A program made the translations under genes and the position numbers. From Eledone cirrhosa (taxonomy: Eukaryota), in assembly GCA_964016885.1 (NCBI GenBank), contig OZ024747.1, forward strand, positions 25,916,001 to 25,980,000: a DNA stretch of 64,000 bases, written 5' to 3'. Below the pieces are notes generated by a model. It made no database searches, was not told the DNA's origin, and saw nothing but the letters and a program-made list of their open reading frames with translations. Shown here piece after piece: positions 24,705-33,975 of this stretch (positions within the stretch are counted from its first letter, which is position 1; the number at the start of each line of letters is the position of its first letter).

Positions 24705-27670
24705 TATAGTTTATCAAAGTTCTTTCGTTGCACATTCACAAAAATACGTTGGAATGCAAAAGTAAACAACAACAAAAACAACAATAATAACGGTAGTAGT
24801 CATATAAACAATAACTCTGAGTATAGAAGTAACAGCCATGACAATAACAATAGCAGGAGAGTGAGAAATAGTAATAATGGTAATAATATTAACGATAGAC
24901 AGAACAACAACAACAACCACAATAATAATAATAATAATAGAAACGTTAATCACAGACACAGCAGCAGCAACCACAGTAGTAATAACGGTAACAATAAGAA
25001 CAACAACAACCACAGTGGTAATAATGGAAATAATACATGTAGCAACATTAATGATAGATACAACAAAAACAAGAAACATAATAAAAGTAACAACCACAAT
25101 GGTAGAAATAACAGTAACAACAACAATAACGGTGAAGTAAACAACAATCACAGCAGCAACAATACATCTAGCAATCATAACAATAATAATAATGCTAATG
25201 ATAGGAACAACAACAACCACCATAATAACAATAATAGCAACACACACAACTATGACGATAGATATAATGACAACCTCTTAGAGAAACTATTTTTCAACCC
25301 AGCTGACAAAACATATAAGATGGGTAATATCTATCCTACGAGGTTACCCTTTAATAAAAGAGTTTGCATACCACAACAAATAGATGACGAGACAGAGGCA
25401 CAGTTCACCATAGCTATAAATAAGATTAGACAAATAGTAGACCGGTATACTAAGAGACAGAGCAGAGCAGAGGCCCAACAGCTTGGGAGGAAACCTGTAG
25501 AAGGCTTGGTTAGCCTCAAGCAGCGCACAAGAGATGGTGAGGTAGTATGTCTACCCACGGATAAGTCGGGTAGGATGTCAATAGATAGCATGCCGAACTA
25601 CATCAAGGCTATGCAACCCCACATCACCAACACGAGCGAAATTGCACAACAAACACATGATGGGAGAGCGAAAATCCTCAACGCTCACATGATGATGTGG
25701 ACTGACATCCTAAAGCCAAGTATACGCACTGCCAACAATTTCTAGGCGTCTAACAATGGCATACCACCCTTGTATGGGCTCCGCAAAGACCACAAGACAG
25801 TCGACGACCCGACAGCAGGACCACCAACAAGACCCGTATGCGGAGCTAATATAGCTAGCAACTACAGGATCTCCTACTTCCTCTCAATGGTTATACGCTC
25901 CATAATCCAGATGTCCCCAGATGTATGTGACAGTACAAAGGACCTCCTCAGCAGAATCAGTGTGTGCAACAAAAACAGGAACCTATCCAACTGCATAATA
26001 GGCAGCATGGATGTGGCATCACTGTACCCATCCATTAACATTGATTTTGCTGTGGAAAAATGTGCGGAGATGATCATTGAGAGTGAGGTGGAGTTCTGCG
26101 ACGTCGACACAGACGAACTGGGCCTCCTACTTAGACTTACCTACGACACTGACTACCTAGACAGCCATGACCTTAGACGTTTCTGCCCTAGTAGACCCAT
26201 AAGAGGTAGACCCCCCATCATAACCTCCATGGCAAAAAAGACTCCCATGGGAAGGTGGATTGGGTGGACTAAAGCTATACGGACCCGCCCAAAACGATGA
26301 TCAGGTAAGAAAAATGGTCGCACATGCAATAGGGGCTAGTATCAAAACTACCCTAAAGGGCCACATATTCAAGTTCAACGAGAAGATCTACACCCACAAA
26401 GAGGGAGCAGCCATTGGCGTCAGCATAGCTGGTGATGTTGCCAACCTTTTTATGGTATGGTGGGAAAGGAGACTTAAAGATCTCCTTAATGAGAGCTCCA
26501 TAGACCTCATCATGTACTCTCGTTACGTAGACGATATCAATATAGTTATAAGAACATCCCCACTAGAGAGCACTAACAAGTTTGATTTAGAACGTAGCAC
26601 AATGGAAAGCATCCAGCAGATAGCTAATTCCATACACCAGAGTATAACTGTAACTATCGACTACCCTTCCAAACAGTAGACTACCTGTATTAGACACGGA
26701 ACTCTGGATTAACACTATAGACGAGAGAGCCCAAATTCTCCACTCACACTATGCTAAACCCATGGCTTCCAAATACCTGATACTCAAAAACTCAGCAATG
26801 TCCAGTAGTGCTAAGTTTAATATTCTGATCGCAGATTTGGTACGAGTGATGAAGAATGTGTCCCGCATGTGCGACCCAACAGAAATGGAAAGACACATCC
26901 AACACTTCATCAACCGCATGCAGTTCTCTGGCTACAACCAAAGAGACAGAGTCAGAGTATACGAAGGAGCCATGGAGAAGTATAAGACCCTCATAGAACT
27001 GGACATGAAAGGAATTTTCCCATTATACAGGAGCAAATCCTGGAACAGCTTAGATAGGGCTAGACATAAGATAGGGAAAGCCACCTCATGGTACGACAAC
27101 CAGAGATACCAGAGTGTCATGTTTGTGGATGCTACCCCTAGAGGGAAATTAGCTAACCAGTGTAGAAAGACCCACTTAAAGATTAAGGTGGTAGAAAAGC
27201 CAGGAACCACCATAAAATCCCTGATCAGCAAAACCTACCCTTTTAAGAAAACCCACTGTACTAATAGGAAATGTATCATATGTAAGGTAAACCCCTGGAT
27301 AAACTGTAAAACTAGAAACGTAGTCTATAGCATAAGATGTACAGAGGGTACTTGCAGAAACATGACAACAACATACATAGGCTAAACAGCTCGTAGCATA
27401 GGTGAAAGGATAGACCAACACTGGGAGGAACTAAAAGGACGAAAAAATGGGTCAGTACTATACGAACATGCCAGACAACAACACGACGGTAACATAGACA
27501 ACATAGAAATTAGAATAATATCTAAACATAGAAATGACCCAGCAGATAGGCAAATCAGAGAGGCCAGTGAAATAGAACTTAGAAGGCCAAGACTAAACAG
27601 AAAGAATGAATGGAATAACAACACCCAAACAAACAACACTGACCTAAGAGAAGTATAAATAAAAAAATAA

Positions 27671-27709
<39 letters not shown>

Positions 27710-27790
27710 ATACATACACACGCACAATAACAACAAACACATATAAACACACACTAGTAAACATAGAATATATTAACCAATACACAGTGT
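24705..27790 (+). mobile_element. Penelope-like element (PLE-1), RT plus C-terminal GIY-YIG, disrupted
   Basis: TDKSG, YGLRKDHK, RPVC, SMDVASLYPSI, GAAIG, RYVDD, Cys-rich linker, NVVYSIRC..YIG*TARS; premature TAG (25743) and TAA (27383) plus frameshifts. Confidence 0.93.
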
Positions 27791-27845
27791 GTGTGTGTAT
27801 ATATATATATATATAAGAACAAAAGATGGTTAAAAGAGTTCCATG

Positions 27846-27916
27846 TATTTTATTATGCGTATTTCAAAAACAAATATCATCATGCAATAATATTTGTGTT
27901 TTCATCAGATAAAACA
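27846..27916 (-). ncRNA. Type I hammerhead ribozyme (minus arm)
   Basis: TGTTTTAT-CTGATGA-long stem II-GAAA-TACGCA-TA-ATAAAATA. Confidence 0.7.
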
Positions 27917-27927
27917 TCAGATAAAAC

Positions 27928-27998
27928 TGTTTTATCTGATGAAAACACAAATATTATTGCATGATGATATTTGTTTTTGAAATGCGCATAATAAAATA
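27928..27998 (+). ncRNA. Type I hammerhead ribozyme (plus arm)
   Basis: TGTTTTAT-CTGATGA-AAACACAAATATTATT gcat GATGATATTTGTTTTT-GAAA-TGCGCA-TA-ATAAAATA; 8-bp stem I, ~15-bp stem II, palindromic stem III. Confidence 0.8.
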
Positions 27999-28137
27999 CA
28001 TGGAACTCTTTTAACCATCTTTTGTTCTTATATATTATGTATACTCCAGTCCTACAAACTGTAGAGTGCTTCTTATCCGATATCTGCATTGCTTTATTGT
28101 ACTACAATAAAACTCACCTCCTATATATATATATAGG

Positions 28138-28258
28138 AAGGCGTGTGGCTGAGTGGTTAGAGAACTGGATTCGCAATCGTGAGGTCGTGAGTTCGATTCC
28201 TGGACCAGGCGATGCGTTATGTCCTTGAGCAAGACACTTTATTTCACGTTGCTCCTTC
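28138..28258 (+). mobile_element. tRNA-derived CORE-like SINE (well-preserved head)
   Basis: A box TGGCTGAGTGG, B box GAGTTCGATTCC, followed by TGTCCTTGAGCAAGACACTTT. Confidence 0.8.
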
Positions 28259-28355
28259 TACCTGGAGTTGCGACCGATAGATAGTATTAGCAATTGGAAA
28301 GACCAACGGAAACATTGTTTCCTCGGTCCGATTTGACGAAAGTCGATCGTTAGGT

Positions 28356-29042
28356 AAAAAGATGAAATCGAAAATGCAACTGGAGTCTTTTCTTTTTAAA
28401 TATATATATTTATTTGGTTCCTTTACCTGTTTCGCAGTTCTTCTGCTTTTCAAAAGTAGAGTTGAGATGGAGGGTCTGTGGTTTTTCTCATATCTGGTTG
28501 GTCTTTGAATGTTACTTGTTTTATATGGAAAAAAGTGGCTCGAAATGCCAGGTTTTTTAGAGAAGTAATTTGATTGGTTGGTGGATAAGTATAATAAATT
28601 TCGCGCCAGTTCGCGTTACAAAGTTCTTCAAACAGGGGGGGGGGGGGGGGGGGCTCAGGTTGTTTTTTCATAAATAAGTGAAGTTTGATTGGTTGATGCA
28701 GTCACGTGAATAAGCACATCAGCTTTCGCGCCAGTTTGTTTGAATTTCTTTTTACTTAAAAAGTGGCTCACAGAGGCTTTTTTTTAATAAATGTAATTTG
28801 ATTGGTTATAAATGAAATTATAACTGTCACGTGAACAAGTTCATTAAGTTTCGCGCCCGTATTTGGGAATTTATTTTGTAACTTTTAGAGAATGTTGTGC
28901 CAAACAAGAGATAATGGTCAAGAGAAATGGGATGGGGAGAATTGTTCTGGTTCAGTGAATATGGTTGGTTCGCTGGGGTGTCAGAGTTGAGACTTTCTAT
29001 TGAAATAAAGAAAGTAGAGATATGTATGTTTATTTGTGTGCT

Positions 29043-29100
<58 letters not shown>
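28356..29100 (-). mobile_element. Inverted near-identical copy of the PLE-0 3' region (23770-24480)
   Basis: Reverse complement matches along ~720 bp, including the motif cassette and the hammerhead at 28421-28456. Confidence 0.9.
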
Positions 29101-29131
<31 letters not shown>

Positions 29132-29396
29132 GTGTGTATTTAATTATTTATATCTACACTTATCAATACATATTTACGTAAGAATGCAAACATATATACT
29201 TGTTTCGCTTTATCCAACCTCATTACCCCGCCCATTCTCTTCCCTTTCATAATTTCAATTACATTCCACTCTACCTGCTACTTGTCTATCAAGTATCACG
29301 ATTACACTTCGATGACACTTCGATTACACTTCGTTGATCATACATTTCAATTTAAATCATCTATCTCGTTTGCATTATCATACTCATATCATATCG

Positions 29397-30270
29397 TAGG
29401 CGGTAGGTAGATTGAACAATTCGAGCATCGGCGAAAATACCTTAACGTATCTATTCCAGCTCTTTGCGTTCTGAGTTCAAATCCCGCCTAAGTAAACTTT
29501 ACCTTTTATCCTTCCGTGGTTGATAAAATAAAGTCCTGGTCTCGGTATAATAGACTTTCTGCTGCTCTCCAACATCGATGGTGCCTAAATCTGAAACCAT
29601 TTAGAGCGCCACCGCTAAATGGTTAGAGCAAAATCGTTAGAGCTTTGTGACATATAGCTACGTCCTTTTATGTACTCAGTTCAAATCCCGCCGGGGTTAG
29701 CTTTACCTTTCATCCCTTTGGGGTCGATGAAATAAAGTAACAATAACACGCTGGGGTCGATTTAATCAATTTACTCCTACCCCCAAATTGTTGGCCTTGT
29801 GCTTAAATCAGAAATCCTTATCCTACCGTAGGCGGTAGGTAGGCAGAATAATTCGAGTATCGGCGAAAATACTTTTACGTATTTATTCCAGATCTTTACG
29901 CTCTGAGTTCAAATCCCATGTCTTTCATTCTTCCAGGGTCGATAAAATAAAGTTCTGGTAAAGTACTGGAGTAGGTATAATCGATTTTCTGCTTCTCCCC
30001 AAAATTGTTGGCCTTGTGTCTAAATTAGAAACCTCTTTTTTCTACTCATATCATATCTAGGGCAGAATAATTGGATTGGTAAAATCCTTACAGCGTCGGA
30101 GAAAATGCGACAATTAGTTCCGAAACTTTATGTCCTGAGTTCAAATCTCGCCGATGTCAACTTTGCCTTTCATTGATAAAACACAGTACCAGTCACACAC
30201 TAGGGTCAATGTAATTGATTTTTCCAACCCCCATAAATTGTTGGCTTTGTGTCTCAATTAAAAATCATGA
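29397..30270 (+). mobile_element. Head-to-tail array of four degenerate ATT-family SINEs
   Basis: GTTCAAATC at about 29475, 29679, 29907 and 30139, each followed by a GATAAAATAAAG-like and a GGCCTTGTG-like end. Confidence 0.85.
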
Positions 30271-30583
30271 TATTCATATCTGAAATATTACTTTTCTGTA
30301 GTTATTCGTTCTCTTATTTCGAGTGTAACCTTCGCTGCTTGTGACAGAAAATTCGTTAATTCGTTAAGTATCGGTTTCATCTCTCCAACGTTGACACATC
30401 CTTCTTAACATTAGTTCAGCCTCATCTTCAACTCCAATTCTCACAACAATTCCAACTCCAACCATTTACACGTTCAACTGGACAATCAATTGAACGTACA
30501 AATGTTATGAGATGGATTCATTGTGTATTCAACTTATAATAACGGATGAATATAACGAGATAAATCAGCAGACACATACATCC

Positions 30584-30629
<46 letters not shown>

Positions 30630-30866
30630 ATGTGTGTGCGTATGTGTGCGTATGAATATGTATGTATATATAGCACTAAGACGGCGTTAGAGCATAATAG
30701 CGGTGTATATGAAGACATATATAAACATATCAATAAACATATGAGTAGCTTCGCAGTCGAAGGAAAATATCTTTTCGTAATGAAACGAAAATGAATTTAA
30801 ATGAGAGAAATGCTTTTTATTTTTCTCTATTTTCCTCTATCATAGAATTGCCAATATTTTGAGACT

Positions 30867-30911
30867 GACAGACAAGGCTGTTTCAGAATGTGTTAATCTT
30901 TCATCAGTGCC
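30867..30911 (-). ncRNA. Minimal hammerhead motif candidate
   Basis: GGCA-CTGATGA-A-AGA..TCT-GAAA-CAGCCTTG-TC-TGTC; weak stem II. Confidence 0.5.
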
Positions 30912-31187
30912 ATTCCTTCAGATCAAACTGGCACGGAATAGATTATAGTCTATATAGTATTTTGTGTGATTGTTTGAGATGTTCATTTGCATATGGCAAA
31001 TAGAAAACGTCAGCTGGGCGTGGTAATTTGCATATAGCGCAAGCTTGGCTGGATATAATTAATTGGTGGTAGAACTAAGACAGCATTTAAGCAGAATAGA
31101 TGCACGTGAGTGGAATGCTCAGCCAGTTGCACGTTAATTTCATGAGTAGACTGTTCTGTTTGCGTGTGAATAAACCACATCACAGGT

Positions 31188-31380
31188 ACAATGTGCCCGA
31201 ACACGGAAGAGCAGAACCCCCACTGTCATCGCCCCCATCTCTCCAGCGCTCCCCATCTCTCAGTATTATGAGCAAATGGGGTCCTACGTGCTGGTCGCCC
31301 CACAATCCCGGCGGACATAATGGAGATGGCGTTTCCTCGGAGGATGGTAAAGGAGATGCGCTGGAAGAGCCATTGTTCTG
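31188..31380 (-). mobile_element. CRE-clade-like LINE 3' fragment, copy 3
   Basis: EQWLFQRISFTILRGNAISI. Confidence 0.75.
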
Positions 31381-31504
31381 TTAACCAAACAACTGCAACT
31401 CTTGTCGTTGAAGCAGACTGAGGTTCAACTCTTTTTGCGAGGTTCAATTCTGATATGTTAAATACTTTTGTTTTTTATTTAAAATTGTTTTCGTTTGTAG
31501 GAGT

Positions 31505-31725
31505 CTATAAAGTACCAGTAATGCACTGGGAAATTGCTGACCTTGTACCAAAAGTAGAAACAATTATCTATCTATCTACCAAAAACGAAAGAGAGGCGGT
31601 TTTCCTCTGTATAGTGGGTATGGTGAAAGAGGTTATATGGTGGACGAGATTGAGAGGACTGAGGACAGATGCCTCTCTCTCCGGACAACAACTCATTCCC
31701 TTCTTTAGATACCAAAGAAGTTCCT
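31505..31725 (+). mobile_element. SINE 3' end followed by a Tx1 ORF2 C-terminal fragment
   Basis: AGTACCAGTAATGCACTGG...GTAGAAACAATTAT, then AVFLCIVGMVKEVIWWTRLRGL (compare AVFICLVAMAKEIVWWTRLKGL). Confidence 0.75.
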
Positions 31726-31946
31726 AAGTATTGCCTTTCCATTGCAATACGGATATTAGACAAGATAAATAAAACTAAATATATTAATTAATGAAAAAAT
31801 CAATAAAAAAATCAATAAAAAAGGAGTAAAGTACACAGATAAATCTACCACTCAATGGTAGGGTCAAAACCGTATAAAGAACTCAATGTAATCCGCATAT
31901 AGAAGATGTCGTGAAGCAAAGTTTAAAATACAAAAAGTTTTATCAA

Positions 31947-32017
<71 letters not shown>

Positions 32018-32090
32018 TGATTTATAAACTCGAAATAGTCTTTTACAATTAAATAGCTCAAAGCAGCGAATATTTCCGAGCTGTGTAATA

Positions 32091-32543
32091 CAAATGAATA
32101 TATGAGAGGGATGAACACTGATACAAGTATACATGTGTTCGAATTGCAAATAACCAAGTTAGCTAGGTTGAAAAATACTAATTTAAAATAATATGGTTTG
32201 CCTGTCTCGATTTAAAATAATAAATCAATAAAAATAACAAACCTATATTGGCAATGGCCGTGATACCCGGACAAATTCTAAATTTGTTTCGCAACAATTA
32301 TTAAGTGAAAGTCACTATTCCTGTGCTCTTCTGCGGGTATCCAGAAAATTGGTACCTTTCACTTCAAAATACTTAAGAAGACTGAGAGATATGTATTGTT
32401 GAACGCACATGTGTCACAGCACCTAACCCGTCCCATACTCGTACCGCTAAAAATAGTATTTTTCAAACTAGCTAACTCGGTCATTTGCAATTCGAACACA
32501 TGTATACTTGTATCAGTGTTCATCCCTCTCATATATTCATTTG
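32091..32543. mobile_element. MITE-like element with ~90-bp terminal inverted repeats and TA flanks
   Basis: TA|CAAATGAATATATGAGAGGGATGAACACTG... and ...CAGTGTTCATCCCTCTCATATATTCATTTG|TA. Confidence 0.7.
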
Positions 32544-32574
32544 TATATATATATACATTTATATATATATAGAA

Positions 32575-32686
32575 AAAAAGATGAAATCGAGAATGCAACT
32601 GGAGTCTTATTTAAAAATATATATATATATTTATTTATTTGGTTCCTTTACCGGTTTCGCAGTTCTTCTGCTTTTCAAAAGTAGAA
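32575..32686 (-). mobile_element. Third, short copy of the PLE-0 3' end with U3-A8 hammerhead (32646-32681)
   Basis: CTT-TTGAAAA-GCAG..CTGC-GAAA-CCGG-TA-AAG, followed by the same tail as 24427-24480. Confidence 0.8.
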
Positions 32687-32690
32687 CATT

Positions 32691-32847
32691 TTTCGATATT
32701 TTTCTGATGCTTGTGTGTGTGCGTATATATATATATATGTGTATGTGTGGGTGGGTGTGTACACCCCCCACCCCCACCCCACCACACCAACACAAACACA
32801 TATATATATATATACGCACACACACAAGCATCAGAAAAATATCGAAA
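32691..32847. repeat. Fold-back palindrome
   Basis: TTTCGATATTTTTCTGATGCTTGTGTGTGTGCGTATA... / ...TATACGCACACACACAAGCATCAGAAAAATATCGAAA. Confidence 0.9.
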
Positions 32848-33064
32848 CGAATAATCCTCTATTTTTTTTTTTTTTTTTTTAGAAAATAGTTACGTGTTGT
32901 GTACGAATTGAGAAGTGAATTAAGGCAACAACAAAAACAATGCTAATAATAATTCTATGTTTACTGTCCAAAGGGCTGAAAAATGTAGGACAATACAAAA
33001 GACAGGAATTGTGGAGATTTACAACAATTGAAAACGTGTAAACAAGTATAACAGTTATCAAACA

Positions 33065-33533
33065 ATAAACTAGAGTAGGTTGTTTAAATCTTTGCGGTCT
33101 GGGGTCGTACTGGAAACCGAGTCGCTTACTGAACGACCTCAAGTTATTAGATATGAATGTGATTGCCGTCAGCTAGCTCAGGATTTCGGACACACGCTCA
33201 GTAGCCCCCTATTTTGGAAGACTAGCAGATATTCGCATCTGTTAGTCGGCCGGAAATGGGAGGTTGTTTAGGAAAGTTCTGGATCTCGATGTACGGATGA
33301 TCTTCTTGGATCCGGACAGTAAGTTAGTGGTCCTGGACGTGAGCAATAGCGAAGGTGGTACCTATAGTCTGGTGGCCTTCTAGACTCTGACCGGTGAGGG
33401 ACGGCCGGATGTCTTTGGGCGCTTGGATGCACCTTCTACGTGGAAGATTGGGCATGCCGTGGCTGATGATGCACAAACATGCGCTGAGGCTACAGCATCT
33501 CCAAAAGTAGAAACAATTATCATTATTATTATC
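33065..33533 (+). mobile_element. Degenerate patchwork Tx1 derivative ending in a SINE-type tail
   Basis: APE N-terminus (IFLDPDSKLVVLDV) jumps to LGMPWLMMHKHALRLQHL, then AAAAGTAGAAACAATTATCATTATT. Confidence 0.7.
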
Positions 33534-33534
33534 A

Positions 33535-33848
33535 TGAGTTCAAATCCCGCCAAGGTTAACTTTGCCTTTCATCCTTAGGGGGTCGATAAAATAAAGTACC
33601 AGTAATGCACTGGTTAATTGCTGGCCTTGTGCCTAACGTAGAAACAATTATTATTATCATAGGGCGGTGGATTGGCAGTATCGGTAGAGGGTCGGACACC
33701 ATGCTTTGACGCATAGCGTTACGGCCCGTGCCATTCTGAGTTCAAATCCCGCCGAGGTTAACTTTGCCTTTCATCCTTACGGGGTTGATAAAATAAAGTA
33801 CCAGTAATACACTGGGTAATTGTTGGCCTTATGCCAATTATTATTATT
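33535..33848 (+). mobile_element. Two tandem ATT-family SINEs (one truncated, one full length from 33661)
   Basis: A box TGGCAGTATCGG, B box GAGTTCAAATCC, ATT tails. Confidence 0.9.
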
Positions 33849-33849
33849 T

Positions 33850-33932
33850 ATTTTTTTTTTTTACTCGATTTTATTGTAAACACCCACTGTTCCTGTCTTT
33901 TTGTATTGGCCCTATATTCAGGCCCTAGTGGC

Positions 33933-33975
<43 letters not shown>
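33850..33975 (+). mobile_element. Very short Tx1 3' end plus (ATT)n
   Basis: TTCCTGTC..TTGT..CAGGCCCTAGTGGCC(ATT)n resembles the copy B end CAGCCCTTGTGGCC. Confidence 0.5.

Larger units (their letters stand above)
27812..28034. repeat. Near-perfect ~105-bp inverted repeat flanked by TA, each arm carrying a hammerhead
   Basis: TATAAGAACAAAAGATGG...CATCAGATAAAAC versus GTTTTATCTGATG...CCATCTTTTGTTCTTATA; I saw one mismatch. Confidence 0.95.

Noticed and set aside
25743-27385. Selenocysteine or readthrough recoding in PLE-1
   Set aside because: The in-frame stops are TAG and TAA (PLE-2 has Glu at the latter position), not TGA, and frameshifts are also present
28138-28215. tRNA gene
   Set aside because: No proper acceptor stem, and it continues into a CORE-like SINE body seen in other copies
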